A stretch of 64,000 nucleotides of DNA from Eledone cirrhosa (Eukaryota), in NCBI GenBank assembly GCA_964016885.1, contig OZ024742.1, positions 50,592,001-50,656,000 on the forward strand, written 5' to 3'. Of the stretch, positions 25,399 through 40,255 are shown in pieces. A program made the translations under genes and the position numbers. Every line of letters begins with the position of its first letter. The stretch's first letter is position 1. The notes under the pieces are model-generated. The model had not been told where the DNA came from. It worked only from the letters and a program-made list of their open reading frames with translations, and searched no databases.

Positions 25399-28300
25399 TG
25401 GAAAAGAATACGAATTCATGACCAAGGTGTGATAAAATAGGCGTCTATACAGCGCCTGAAACAAACTTGTCCAAAACCCTAGGATTTTTCTCGTTAAATA
25501 TCCACCCAAAAGGAACCGTTTTTTAGTTACAAAAAATAACCAAATTGTATAGTAGCTATATTTCTGACATATCATGCCAAAAAGAACAATATATTCAAAA
25601 AATGTTCTAAAGTACATTCAATCTCTCTTTTTGACCGATATCTTAATAAGCAAGTTATCGATTTTTTATTGGCTGTCAGTGTCTATCTGCATGCAGGTGT
25701 GCACGTGTGCGCAATTAATTGCAAATACGCTCATAACATTTAGTCGTAAGCAGAACAAAAAATGCCATTAGAGGTGGGCTAATAATGAAGACACAAACCC
25801 TGTTGAACTTACGTTTAAACACCCGAAAAGTTACTCACTTCCTGTGCAAAAGACTGTATTATAAATTAAGTAATTTTTTAGAATCTTTTGTTTAAAAAAG
25901 GAAAACATTGGTACGACGTAAATTTGTTTACTTGTATTGTATGTGTACAACACAACTTGGTCAACGTATTATTTAGTAATTTTTTTTTCAAAAAGCATGA
26001 TTATTTAAGACTGTTTGAAAATTTACTCACAGCTTTTAGGTTCACAAAAGACACCATTAAATTTGGTTCCCTTTTCAGATAGGGATAATACTGTATTTCC
26101 ACTTGAATAAGGTGGAATATGAAAAGATAAACTCTTTAATGGTCGGTCGTTTACTGAGACAGCTGGGAAGACATGCAGCTGGCCGTCCAATCAATAACGC
26201 ACGTCCTTATATGGGCATATGAAATTTATTTTTATTGCGCCAGATGTAAACTATGAGTTCTTGTGTTCGAATTCACATAAAATTTCATTGGAATCGAAAA
26301 ACATTCTGTCATAGGGCCCGACTATCGATTTTTCGAAAATTTCATGTAGCCTATTCCACTCTACGCGTTGAGTTTTATATATTTGTGAGGTTTCATGAAA
26401 ATTGGATGAACGGTGTAGCATGCAAGTTCGGTACACTAAACAATGTCCATCTTCCCTTTATATATATAGATATATGTAAACTTGGTTCTGACGTTATATG
26501 ATGTGTAGTTCAAACTTATTTTTTTTTTGTAAAATGTAATTATTTATTTCGGTGATTTTCGTTGCACAATTTGTTCCATCGGTTAGTTACTGAAATTGTC
26601 TGGCACCAGGAAAAAATTTACTTCATAGATGAATTGGAAAAAAGTCATTTTCATGTAAATGTTCTCATCAGCAACATGTTTAAATACATGTAGAAAATCC
26701 CAAAGAACTGTAACAGTGATAGTATCATTGCATGCTGTTAAAATAACTTGACACACTTTGATAGCAGACCCACCGATTCAAAATAGAATGACAACAAAAA
26801 GAAAATCTGTTTGGATGAGAACAGAATTTCCGAGAACGACTCGCTCTTCTCATGGACGATGCCAAACCCTTTGTTCCATGCAGCCCAATCAGTTCGATTT
26901 ATGTGGAAAGACCTTTCTAAAATACGTCGTTCTAGAGATAAGAAAGATTTTCCAAGAACTGTATGAACAATTGGTGGTCCAGGACGTGAGTAGTCGTGAT
27001 GGAGATGTGAGTACTTTCATACTAATGGCAGTTTACGTAACGATAGGAGCTGGAAGACAAGGTTTCGTTAGACATCTAAAGATGTTTTAGAGATTATCTC
27101 GTTCATTGGTATTAGTTGGTAATTGGAACGGCATTTTGGAAGCAAGCAGGGATTTTGCAGATTAGCCGAGTGAACAGGGTGTATAAAAGCCACTCAAACT
27201 TGCTCACCCATTTCTATCTGTGTGAGGACTTTTGTATTCATATCTTGAATGCGCCAATATTGACATCGGCAAAACCCAGCGAATCATCCAGATTGTATTT
27301 AATTAGAATTCTCATCTGACTACCAGATGGAATCAGTGTCATTGTCTTTAGTTTCTACGAGTAGCATATACAGACCACACATTTGTGGCCTGTATAGACA
27401 ACTTAGAACATATATATCCGATTTGATTAATAAGATATCAAACTGGAAATGGCGGGAGCTATCAAAAACAACAGGAGCGGATTTGGTGGCCTACGGACTG
27501 AGAAAGAGGGAAAAAAATGTTTAGAGAAATAATAATGATAAGGAGCTCAAACAGAGGAACAGGAAAAACAACGAAGACGTGAATACCAGCTCCCATTGGG
27601 TGACGAAGCTGTTGATCGTGCATAAACGAAAACAAGGCATTAAAAGCGACGTATTTTTGAGGAAATTGGATGTGATTTATAAAACAATCTCTCAAGTGAC
27701 ACTCCCTCGTCGATCCCCCAAATAAACAAAGAATGATATTATTGCCAGCCAGTTTCCAATATGAAGAATCACGAGATTGGGCATTCGTACGATCTGTGCT
27801 TCGAAGTAGGTGGTTGCTTCTCACCTGACTGGGGTTAGATTATTCTGAATAGTGTATTGCTTATTTAATCCCTCTCATTTAAGTTTACTGTATGTTTATA
27901 TGTATATGTATTTAATTATTTGGATAATAGAATATTTCTGTTTTGATCCAACACATGTATTGTTGTTGTTTTGCTCTGTTTCTTATTGTTTTTTGTAAAT
28001 CATAGAGATACTGGTGGTCTTTCATCATGGTCATTATGGTAAATATTCATGCATGACAGACTCAGCAATTATTTTTATTTCCGAAAGAAACCATAACATA
28101 AAATGACAAAAAAAAAAAAGCAATCAAGAAAAATACAATAGAAGCAACACTTCAACATTAAGAAGAACAACTGCATTACCAAGAAGAGAGGAAGCAAGCA
28201 AAGAAATAAAAATAAAATATTAGAAGAAAAACGCGAATTATTTCTAACATCAATCATTGTTAAGCGCAGAAGATCGTAAAGGTTTCCGAGTGAAAAATAG

Positions 28301-28623
28301 CACTTCATCAATGATATGAGATGATATTTTTACAACAGCGTTTGATTTTTTATGTTTTCACTTGATTTTATAACAGAAGAGACAGTTGAACACTTATTAT
28401 ATTTAATGTGTTATTATTTGCTAAAGTTTTTTTATTGTTATTGTTTTATAGCATATATCTTCTATTTTTCGCTTAACGTCTTGAACTTCAAATGTCGAAA
28501 TACCTGAAGAACATTAGGTAATCTGAGATGAATTTAGAAAATATATTGTTGGTTTTATTTCCAAATGTCTGTGTCTCTCTCTCTATCTCGATACAAATAC
28601 ACACACACACACACACATACACT

Positions 28624-28756
<133 letters not shown>

Positions 28757-28865
28757 TTCGTTACAATAGCAGGGAATCGGTGGTCATTTCCCAAATAAAA
28801 ATCGATCTTATATTTTCTCTTTTTTTCGACCAAATTGTTCTGTTATATAATGAAGTTCAAATTTT

Positions 28866-28943
28866 ACACCTGACGAAATCACCGCCCACGTCTTGCATCA
28901 TGTTCGGAATGATGAAGATGTTACATTGAAATATGTATAGTGT
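28866..28943 (+). ncRNA. Type I hammerhead ribozyme with extended stem II
   Basis: acac CTGACGA aat...[acgtctt-g-catcat gttcgga atgatg-aagatgt]...att GAAA tatgta TA gtgt; lies in a ~400-nt segment between (TA)n tracts. Confidence 0.7.
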
Positions 28944-29191
28944 TTTCGAGGAGTTATATGTATAATGTTTCGAGTCTAGATTTCAGTTGTTGTTTTTAAT
29001 GAATATTTCACTCCGTTGTTGCACCAACCACTGGAGACCACCTCTACGATGAATGATCTGCATTACGTAGAATGCTTTAATTTATTGCATTATCGTCTAC
29101 TAACCGGAATCACTAGTTACATCATTTAATAAACAACGCAACTTAAATGGTATATATATATATATATATAATTATATACACATACATACAT

Positions 29192-29227
<36 letters not shown>

Positions 29228-30199
29228 GACTGAGGTTTTTATTAGAGTTTCCATGCGCAAGTTGCATATAAGTGTGCATAATATTTTGAGCCAAATTTCT
29301 CTGACATTGTCCTTCTGTCCTTTACATAATATATTATAATGTAATACACTTTAATGTACTAAAACATGATGTTATATAATGAGATATAATAAGATATCAC
29401 TTGTGTATTACCCTTCAACATTGACAGGTTTAATTCCGCTTCATTTCAGTAATTTGTAATGTTTTGCTTCAAACTGACTTCATTTTCGTTGTGTTCGTCT
29501 CATTGCCTATTATATTTATCTCAAAGGACTCTTTTTCATTTTTTTCTTCGGCTCGTTCATATATTGATTATTGTATTGTACACTAACTATATATATTTCC
29601 CTTGTTTTTTTTATTTTCGCGCTGAAAATCTATATTACAAGTTTTCTTATTTCTTGATATCAACTACTACAATTCGATATTCCACACAAATGTCCTGTTG
29701 CAATTACTACATGCTGTGCTTTCCCAAATTTGCTCCTGTTGTCAACTTTTGGTATTCAATCATGTTACAGCTCTATTTCAGCATTTTATTGCAGGAATGT
29801 TCTGCATGTGCAATTTCTTCCTTACTCACTAAGGTTTACCCCTCTCAATATTTTGCTCTTTACTAACATTGTTGTTTACTTGGTTTCATTTTCTGCCACA
29901 TCTCCCTAATCTCTGATCAGAGACTCTGCTTTTTTTCTATACTCATGAGAGTAAAAGTAGGTACAATAAATCCAAACATTTCACACGTGACATGGCGTTT
30001 TATGTAATTATATAAAGTAATTGAGAAAGGACCCTAGGAATTCTGGAAGTCGGTAACACAACCCAAATGTGAAAACACAACGATTGTATTGTAGTTAAAG
30101 TTTAATTCAAAACATTTGATAAATGTGGTTAAGACTTGTCTGGCTGCTGTCATCCGTTATATTTCTGGAATAATAAATTACACGAAAATCGACAGAGAT

Positions 30200-31210
30200 A
30201 CATTTCACAACAAAAGGAAAAACACCCTCACAATCCGATGGCAAATATCAGTGATCTATACATGAAAAATAAGTTTAGAACATGGGGACATACTAACAAT
30301 TCTTACTGTATGATTGAAGGACAAGGGGAGGGGGGGGGGTTCTAGAGTGAAGATTTTAACAAGAAACGAAGAATGTGTTTGTTAGGGCTTAGATCAATAA
30401 CTATGAATTAATTCAATGGATAGGGGTATCTATTAAACAACTTTAATTCTGTAAAACATGGGCGTTTTAGGGACTCCATATACCTGTGTGTCTGAGAGAT
30501 CCACCTCTAGCTTTATTCCTGAACGACTGATGCCGTAACAATGAAACCTAACACAGGTATAGTTCACTGAGAGACGAATATTCCAGCATGAGTAAAATGC
30601 TGGTTACATCATCATGTTTCTGACGACGCCATCAGGTATACCCAGATATATTGACATTTGTTCTTCTATAGGGTTCAACATCTTTTCAGAACCACTAAGG
30701 CTATTATCATAAAACTGTGCAGGGATATACGTACAGCATATAGCAGGGATATAGGTACTGCCATGTACCTTCTCTTTGACATGATTCCTAATAATGAAAC
30801 AGTGAAATGCAATGATTCTAGAAATGGACATGGTGTTGACATGGTGTTGAGATGGTAACCACGTGGTAGCCATGAAAACGTCCTGATTGTCGGCAACTGG
30901 TGCCACACAACGCAAAAGACATGCCTTAGATTGGCAATATTGTTCGACGATATTCCTCTGGTTCTGGTTAAAGTATGTATCATCAAATTTTGTAACAAGA
31001 AAAAAGAATGAAATATCATCATTTATATACCCACTGTTACTCTATTACCCTTCCCATGGCAACGGGGAATCGTTTTTCAAAATCTGTTAAGTAGGCATTT
31101 AACAGGATAAATCTTAGGAAAATTCACAAGATTATAGAGGGAAATCTACTTCTATTCAAATGTTATTTAAAACACTCCACGCGGCGATGGTGCTCTGAAA
31201 ACGCCCAAAC
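30200..31210 (-). mobile_element. Possible Tc1/IS630-like transposase relic
   Basis: LNPIEE in ORF 30604-30915 and RTFSWLPRG upstream resemble DDE transposase motifs; no TIRs confirmed. Confidence 0.3.
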
Positions 31211-31447
31211 CAGAGCCAAGCTGAGTAGGGTTAATAAATAACTGCGAGCTATATATACATGTAAAATGTTAGCCCAGAAATTATACAAGCAACGTCAACG
31301 TAAATTTTATTCTGTTTTCAAATCCAAGTTACTATTTCATAAATAACATGTGTTGCTGATGAATGAAGACAGACATAAATATCTGTCTTCAAGAAACCAC
31401 TGGTAAATGAAATAATTATCTTATGTTGTGTATTACATAACTATATA

Positions 31448-31504
<57 letters not shown>

Positions 31505-32284
31505 TAGATGAAACAGAAAACAAAAAAATACCACAAGGAAGCGAAGAGGCAGTACGGAATGTTAGTATTAGTTTCACCCTTGAGTCGGCAGGAAAAGTGT
31601 TCCGATAGTGTGAGAGGGAGTGGTCGGAATACATAAAGGGGGGGGGGGGGGGTAGAAGGTAGACGGGAAGGAAAGAGGACGGGAAAATCAATACAAAATT
31701 ATCATAAACAGGTGAAAATACAAACAGAAAATCATAAACAAAAAAATCATAAGCAATAAAAATCATAAGCTGAAGAGTGAGAGATAGAGCTAGAGATAGA
31801 TAGATAGAGAGAGATAGAGAGAGACTAACCAAGCAATAGAGAATATGTAGAGTGATTAATGGCATTGAAGAGAAGAAAGCTTCAGAAAAGATGTTGCAAA
31901 TTCTTTTGACAAAAATATTGCAGGAGAAAACGTGGAAAATATTCGAAATATGCTAAGTGTAACGTAGAAATATCATTGGTGTGAAGAGACCCAGTGCGGG
32001 GACCCAGGAACAAATATGGTTTCGGAGCATTAGGTTCGATCCCTACAAAACTATCATACCATCCTGTGAGGATGTAGGGCAAAGCTAAACTTGGCGGGAT
32101 TTGAATTCAGATCATAAAAAGGTCGTAACTAAATATCTCAAGGCATTTTATTCGACGTTCTATTAGCACACCTCGCTTCTTCAATGGAACCAGCCTACAG
32201 TTGCATTCTCGGAAAAGACCCATTCATACGGACCTTCCTCAACATTCACACATCTTTTTAGCAAATGTACTGTGGTGAGGGCAA

Positions 32285-32364
32285 CACTTCCCTGCACGCA
32301 TCTCGGGCAGGTTCGTTTGATCGCACGTTTGACCATTTGTTTTTTTATGTTGGTGTGTGGGTGA

Positions 32365-32418
<54 letters not shown>

Positions 32419-33160
32419 AAAAGAAGATGGAGAGCTATGTTGGAGTCCTTCTGGGTGGCTTTTAGGACTTTTGCAGTTGCAGTTGTTGGTGGTGATGTTT
32501 CCTTTGCTAATTTCGGCAGTGTTGATGAAGTTTAGGTGTTGGTGGTCCTGTTGCTGCTGTTGGTCTTACTGTGCTAGTGTTGATACAGTTACTGCTACAT
32601 ATATTGATGACTCTCGTGTTGCTAGTTGCAGCTGGAGCACTTCTAGAGCTCTTGGTGTTTGCAGCATTGGGTGTCGCTTTTTCACTATCTTCTTTTGAGG
32701 GCAAAGGTTCTTAAGAGTCCCGTTTCTCCGCGAATATAACAATGGTCTTTTTACCATCAATGACTACGTTCAGCGCCACGGCATCTGGTAGGTAAATGAG
32801 CTCAGGTATGTTTTCCATTTTCTATAGTTTGATATGTAAGGACATTTCTATACATATCTCCGACCAATATTCCCTCCGGGTGCGCCAGACGTCCTATAGT
32901 ATGTTGCTACCCACTGGTACCACACAGAGTGAAAACTCCAGACGTTCTGTCTTGAGGGAATACCTACAAATCTGAACCTTTCGGTACTTCCTCCGTGATA
33001 GATATAACGTATTGGTCTGACCAAATAAGGACCACAGATTTTTTGAAGGCCAGCTATTCGGTTTTGAAGAGTTGTTGTAGTGGTGGTGGTGTGGGTGTAT
33101 GTGCGGTTGGCTGCGCTTACCGTCGTTGTGGTCGTGGCGGCGAAATTCACAGTAGTAACA
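32285..33160 (-). mobile_element. Deleted Tx1-type relic (ORF1 zinc knuckle plus small ORF2 3' piece)
   Basis: CYI(R)GETG(L).KNLCP knuckle around 32745-32700; 32295-32325 resembles 33305-33335 (RTCPRC). Confidence 0.55.
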
Positions 33161-33189
33161 ATTGTCAGAGCCCCATATTTCGATTCATT

Positions 33190-36100
33190 TGCACGAAATA
33201 ATTTTGGATCCGTTCTACACGCGACAACAGCTGTTCAACATAACTCAACAAGTCAGTAATGCACGGACACTGGATGAGTGCGTGCAGAACGGTTTCGACG
33301 CTCTGCGCGCATCTCGGGCAGTTCCGTCTGACAGCCCTTCCGTGTCTGTAGAGCTTATCTCGAACCGGCAGTGCCCCACGGTAGCACTGCCAAGCGAGGG
33401 ATTTTTGGAAATTATCCATCGTCCCCGACTCGAAAGTCCTCCGGTACAGACTGGTTAGTTCGACTTCGTTGACTCCCAGAGCCTCTTCGAGTGCGTCGTC
33501 GCACTTGCCCACCACTAATCCTCTATAAAACTCGAGAGTGGAAGTTCCACTGACCGCATTGCCCGCCTGGTAGAGGGGAGTGAGTGCCTGGCAACATTCC
33601 AGATGCCAGTCACCCAGTCTCGGTCTCTTCTTGACCCAGGACTGCAGCTCAGTCAAAGAAACGAGTTGCGGAAAGGCCCGTCTGACAAACGGCGACCACA
33701 CCTGTTCACCGTTTAGGCAGAATATCTGGAGATATCTCAGCGCGTGCCTGTGCATCGTTAGCCACAGCATGCCCAGCCCTCCACGTAGAGGGTGCTGGCA
33801 AAAGATTGACCGTCTCAGCAGCGGAACCTGACCCCTCCACAAGAATTTGAAGAGGAGCCGCTCCAAGATGGCGAGGCGCGAACGAGGGCAAGGGACGACG
33901 GTCAGACGGTAGTAGATGACGGACGCGATGCACGCGTTCGCCCCCTCCGCCCGACCTTTCAGTGATAGCTTCGTCCCAGCCCATTTGTGGGTGAGACTGG
34001 TTACCCTGCCCATCACCCCGTCCCAATTCTTATCCACCTGGAGGTCAAGCCCGAACCAAACCCCTAGCAACTTTACCAGTCCGTCCGTCCAGCGCCTAAC
34101 GACGCTGTTGGACGGTATGGACTTGCCTCTCCAGGTGCCGAGTTGCAAGCCCACCGACTTTTCCGGGTTAAATTTTGCTCCCGTCAACCTTTCATATTCC
34201 TCCAATAAGTTGCCGACCACCTCGATTTCTGAAGTGTCCGACACCATGACGGTGATGTCGTCCGCATAAGCCGACACAGCCTTTCCGCGTCCCGGTTCGA
34301 GCGGGATGCCCTGCAACAGCTCCAGCTTCCGCAGTAAAGGGTCGAGAGTCAATACGTACAGAAGGGAGGAGAGAGGCCACCCTTGACGGACCGATCGGGA
34401 GACCTGAAACGGTTCTGAGAGGTGGCCATTAATTTTGATCATCGAGCAGGTGCCGCTGTGCATTGCAGCGATCCAGCTTCTGAAGACGGGGCCGAAGCCA
34501 GCCGCCTTGAGGACAGCCTCCAGGTACCGATGGTAGACCCTATCGAATGCTTTCGATTGATATAAATTGATCAGAGCCCCACCGAAGCCCGGTTTACACC
34601 CTATCCTCTCTATGAAAGTATCGCATTAGGTGGAGGTTGTGGTGTATGAACCTGGTTGGGATTGCGCAAGTTGGCGCCTCGCCAACCAAACCCCCGTCTT
34701 TCCTTATCAGCGTCACTACGCCCCGGCTCACAGAACTGGGAATACTCCCGCTTTGCTGCCAGTTGCAGTAGAGGGCTTCGAGGAGACTGGAGAAAAGGTC
34801 TGGCATATTTACGTAAAGCTCGTAGGGCAACCATCCAAACCTGGTGACTTACGCTTCATGCAGCCGGCAAGGGCATCCTGAATCTCGGCTGAAGTAATTG
34901 GCCTTTCGCATTGCCCAGCGTCAGCCGTCGAGAGTTGCGGCAAGCCATGGAGGTAGGAACTGAAGTCCGCCACCATCTCTGACCCGCCACTTCCCCCGAA
35001 CAGCCGAGCAAAACGTTCGCGAAAGGCCTCACACTCCTCTTGGAACCGCTCAGCTCGTCCCCGTCTCGGTCCGACAAAGACTAAATCGTGGTTGCATTAC
35101 CACGCTGCGCCTCTGCCACGCGGGCCCATCGAACCGCTTTGGTTCCCTCGTTTCTCAGAGCACCCGCCTTAGCTCTGACAATGCAACCTTCGTGTTTCTC
35201 ATTGAAGAAAGGGTCTAATGCCTTTCTCGCCGCTAGCACGTCAGTTGCAATGCCACTACCAATAGCCTCGTCTAACTTATCTACCAACTCCCCCTCTTTT
35301 CTATTATTCTCTAACGCTACTTATTTGCTAAACTCTATCGACATTACTCTCATCTCTCTTTTGAGAGCCCCCACCATCTATTGTTGACGACACCCCCTGT
35401 CAACTTTTTCTTAACTAAATTGTTGACCTCGTCCCTGTAAGCCTTACGTGCCGGAAATGACATGTTTAGCTTCCAGTAACCAGGTCCTAACCTACGCGTT
35501 TTATCTAGGTCGACCCTACAGATCACAAACTTGTGATCTGAATAGGCAACCGTTTCAAAACCTGGACAGCTTACACTATTTCTGTCTATTTTCCTAATGA
35601 ATGTCCTGTCTATATAGGATCTAGATGACCTATGCGGTTAGCCCAGTTCCACACAGGCACATTATGGAAATCTAGTCGGTACCTGTCAGACAGTTGGAAC
35701 TGGCTGATCAGGTTCTTGAGGCTTTTTCACCCCCCGCTCCTATCCGATACTCCCACACAGTCCCGGCGTGCTCTAAGATGCCGTTCCAGTCCCCCGCTAA
35801 CAGTATATGGCTAGACGTACCCAGAAAGGCTTCCAGGCGTCTAAAGAAGTCCGGCCGCCCTGCCCCAGTAGGAGCATAGACGATCACCAGTCTAAAGGAA
35901 CCACCTTCGTTATTGTTCACGTCCAGGACCACCAACTTACAGTCCGGGTCCCGGAAGATCGACCTTACCTCGAGATCCAGGCCTTTCCTAAACAGCACTG
36001 CCACGCCGCCTCCCATTCCCGTCCGGCTAACAGATGCAAAGATCTGACAGTCTTCGAAAATAGGGGCTAGTGTGTTCGGGCCGGAAATCCTGCCGTCAGC

Positions 36101-36214
36101 GATGACGGCAATTACATCCATTTCTATAGACATGAGGTCGTTGAGCAGGTGACCCTGCTTCCAGGACGATCCCAGGCCTCGAACATTTAAACATCCTACT
36201 CTTAATACGGCCAT
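33190..36214 (-). pseudogene. Tx1 ORF2 (APE + RT), frameshifted
   Basis: MAVLRVGCLNVRGL, IVYAP, LAGDWN; SPGLDG.PYELY; RQGWPLSSLLY, AYADDI; CPRC..SVETVLHALIQC. Confidence 0.92.
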
Positions 36215-38419
36215 GTTTGCAGGTCAAAAAGAGACAGAAGATAGGTTTACTTACCTTCCGGGCTCTTGTAAAGGTCGGGTGGTTGGACCACCATGATTGG
36301 TGGGGTTTCTTTTTGAGAACCCCTTTAAAAGTCTTGAAGTGGGTTTTACGTTCGGAGTTCCCACGTTCCGAGGAAAACTGTCTCGTATTTCTTTGAATAT
36401 ATCGAGCGACATTCGCACCAGAATCTAATCTTCCGGCACGCGAAATCTGCTCGATTTAAACATTTCCCCCTCTTTTTGTATATTTTCACTTCGTTCTACG
36501 AGGGCCATCAGTTCCTTGTTGGCCCTCCTGACGAGCACAAAGTTTTGTATGTTTTGTTGGTGTGCTTTTATTTGTTTGCGTGGCTGTGGGAGTGCTGGTT
36601 TTGGTGGTGTTATTTCGGTTGTATCTGTGTTTGTTGTGAGTGCGGTGTCTGTGGTTTCAGATGTTTGTGTGTATATCTGTTCTTGCGTTTGTTTAGGTTG
36701 TTTGCGTTTGGTGGATTCTGGTGATGTTGATGGTGGTGTTGATGTTAGTGTTATTGGAGAATTGTTTGCGTGGGTGGTGTCTGTGTTTTTTATTGTGGGT
36801 GATTTTGTGCTTTGTTGAGTTTTTTTTTCTTTCTGTGTTTCCTTTTTAGTATTTTGGGGGATTTGGGATTTCCCTCATTTTCACTACTGGTAGATGAGGG
36901 GTCTGTGTCTGTAAGTGTGTCTGTATGTATGTTTATGGTTTTATTGGTGTGTGTATTTTTTTTGGGGGGGAGGGGAATTTGACAGCTTTCCTCGTTTCCC
37001 CCCTGGGTGGTCAATGTTGGTGGTGGTCTTTCTATTGGTGTTGTTGTTGGTGGTTTTGCCTGTGCTGGTGTTGGTTGTGGTCCTCGCCCCGGCGTCGGCA
37101 GCAGTGGAGCCTTTCGACCCCTTGCCTCTTTCAGCAGTTGAGGGCAGAAGGCTCGCAAATGGGTTTTTTCCCCAAAAAACAAAACACTGCCGCCTTTTGC
37201 CTTCGGTCATAATGTGAATGACCGACCCATTTTAAAAGCGGATGTGGTCCGGGATTGTCTTGACATTCTCGGGCCTGATCTGGAGAAGGATCTCCAGGTC
37301 AACCCCGGACCAGTCCTCTCTGGCCGTTCTGGTCACTTCTATAGGGACGGTATCCGACCCCTCTACAATCACACATACCAGAAGCCACCACATGTCAAGT
37401 CCTGGTGGGATTCTGCTGGGAATGCGGAAACGGGCCGTTCTTTTTCCCCATGTGGGAGGGGTACATTATCACCTTGCTGGTTTTGCAAGGAGTCATAGCG
37501 TGTTTCATAGCGAGGGCTTCTGACTTGAACAACACCGAAATGGTGCTCTACTGTCTGCCCCTCTCTATGTATTCGGTGTCTTCGCTGATGCACCTCAGCG
37601 CGACTTCGACAGATTCTTGTGGGATAAAAGCTGCTATTTTGGTTTGAGCTGAGATGCATCTATAATGCACCGTTCTGCGCTCCACTGCGTCAATAGCTTC
37701 TACCGGGACAGTTAAGTTGGCCCAGGTTTGCTCTTGCTTGATGAGCTTCCATGCTTGGGCCAACTTTTCATCTGTGTTTGAGAAGTCTATGTTGAAGCAT
37801 GGCCTCTTTGTGTTCTTGTTTTAGTTGGGGGTGTTGTGGTTGTTATCGTTGTTCTTGTTGGTGTTGTTGTTAGCACTGTCGCTGTTATCATTGTTGCGTT
37901 TGTTGCTACCGTTGTTCTCAGTGAAGTTGGTATTGTTGCTGTTGGTGTTGTCGCTATTTGTTTTCATGTTAGTGGTGTTGATATTATTGTTGTATTTGTT
38001 TTGTTTTTTTTGTTATCTGTATTTTAGTTGTCGCTGTTACTGTTATTTTTTTCAAAATTAGAGTTCTCATTGGTATCATTGGTGTCTTTATTTACATTGT
38101 TTGTGGTGGTGTTTGTGTTATCAATTTGTGTTAATTTCGCTGTAGCGCTCCTCTCAACTTCCACGTCGTTGTCGCACGACAGCAGACATATCGCTGGGGG
38201 GCGTGGCTCAGCTATGTTTTTTTTTTCCCTAAATCTTTTAATATGTAAAAAAGATTCAAATATTTGAGCCAAAAGGCGCCAATATTATACTTTCCCCTTC
38301 ACAGGGCAAAGTCTAAGGCCTTATATCCCTTACACAACAAGAAATATTTAACAAGAAATAATTTTAACAGGCAAATAAAGCGACTTACTGGGAGCGAGCA
38401 TAATACGTCCGCTTAGACC

Positions 38420-38420
<1 letters not shown>
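33190..38420 (-). mobile_element. Tx1-type non-LTR retrotransposon with 5' UTR, ORF1 and ORF2; 3' end lost
   Basis: 5' end abuts (TTA)n. ORF1 remnants include an Asn/Thr-rich N-terminus and a knuckle RQCFV.GEKTHLRAFCP. ORF2 is homologous to the 15757 copy. Confidence 0.92.
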
Positions 38421-38456
<36 letters not shown>

Positions 38457-38457
38457 T

Positions 38458-38548
38458 AATTGTTTCTACGTTAGGCACAAGGTCAGCAAATATCCAGTGC
38501 ATTACTGGTACTTTATTTTATAGACCCCGTAAGGATGAAAGGCAAAAT
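38458..38548 (-). mobile_element. tRNA-derived SINE 3' fragment
   Basis: Family tail and body only. Confidence 0.8.
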
Positions 38549-40255
38549 TAATAATATAATACTATAAGATATTCTGTCCAGTAATTTGTAAACTTAGAGC
38601 CTTGATACCAATTCAACACATTTATGGTCTCTAATGTTTATGTTCTAAAATATGTGGCGACTATGAAAGGTATCAAACATGTTGTTCGGCGAACATGACG
38701 TCTTAGTTGTGATGTGAAGAATGGTATTTTTTTTAGGATGAAATTATGTTAATTATGAATGGATATGTGTATCAATTATAACAGTTGTGTTCGTGGATTC
38801 ATTTTGCAAGCTATAAATACAGCTAACCAAACAACGCAAAAAATAAAATATATATATGCAAAGATGACCTCACACCTTATAATATTCAATCACATGAACG
38901 AGCTATTATCATTGTTATAAAAGAGATATAGTAGATATGGCCGAAATCGTCATAAATGTGACATACTTGTTATAACGAGGAAATACTTTGGATTCTAAGG
39001 AAATTATTTATCCATCTAAACAACATGAATAAGCAACAATCTAATTACGTCAATATAAAAGAACGATGCGTGAACAGGTAATCTTCGTATTAGATGACAA
39101 ATGAAATATCACCAAGAATTACACCCACATGTAACTATGGAATAACAGGATATCGGAGAAATACTGCAAATCATTGGTGATTATATTCACACGAGACAAG
39201 AAAATATTACAATACCTGAGAAACACTTAACAGTTTTAGTCGAATCACCCACACGTATGTAATGGATTAATTTCACATTTTTATTGAAGACATTGATAAT
39301 TGCAAGACAGGACCACTTTCCTTTAATATATTCCAACTGGAATATTGTGCAAAATAAGTAAAGGAGTAAAGTATAGAACACATAAGAGATCACTGAAAGC
39401 ACTTAAATAGCTACTTTTCGGATATTTGATTTTCGCTGGGTCATAATACATCAATAAGATTGAATACAACATCGGAACATTCACATGCATTACCAAAACG
39501 AAGCAAACGATAAACTGCATGATAAAACACACACGTGATGAAATTGGAGAAACAGATGGTGTGACTATAATATCAGATACAGTTGTTCATAATGTCAGTA
39601 TAGAAAGCAGAAGTCAATCCTTCTGATGCAACATGATCGATATTACGTTGCAGGATATAGTATATAATTTCGTATAGGATTATCGAAGCAATATCTAATG
39701 AAAGGATGAATATAAACATGGCACCATACTGGAAATTGATCACGATTAATGGCTTATGCATGGCATGGAAGGAATACATATTTGACGCTGGTATGGTCAA
39801 TTTCCGAATATAGGAATATCTAGAAGTATGTTATAACTTTAAATAAATAGCAATTCTCATGGCGAATTACGAAAGATTGCGATGTAGATATTAAATTTTT
39901 AGTAAATAGTTCGTTGAAAACATTATTTGCACTTAAGGAAAATAATCAATTATATTGTAAAATAATCAATTATATACCTCTCAGGAATGAAGCACATTTC
40001 TGACGAATATGTCACGTTCAGTCTCGGTGATACGTACAGGCATGCATATATAAACACACACAGGCGCACACACACACTCACACACGCGCGCGTATATATC
40101 TATATATATATGTAGATTCCCGAGTTATATAGGGGGTAACGACAGCCGAAAAAAGGTAATCAATTCATTCGTACTATAAAGGCATTTTATATTTGATATA
40201 GAAATGTTTCGTACGAATGAAACAGTTCTGTAGTAGTCGTTTGTAATATATAAAT

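Noticed and set aside
38900-39830. Possible MULE-type transposase relic
   Set aside because: Only vague motif resemblance, many stops and no TIRs identified.
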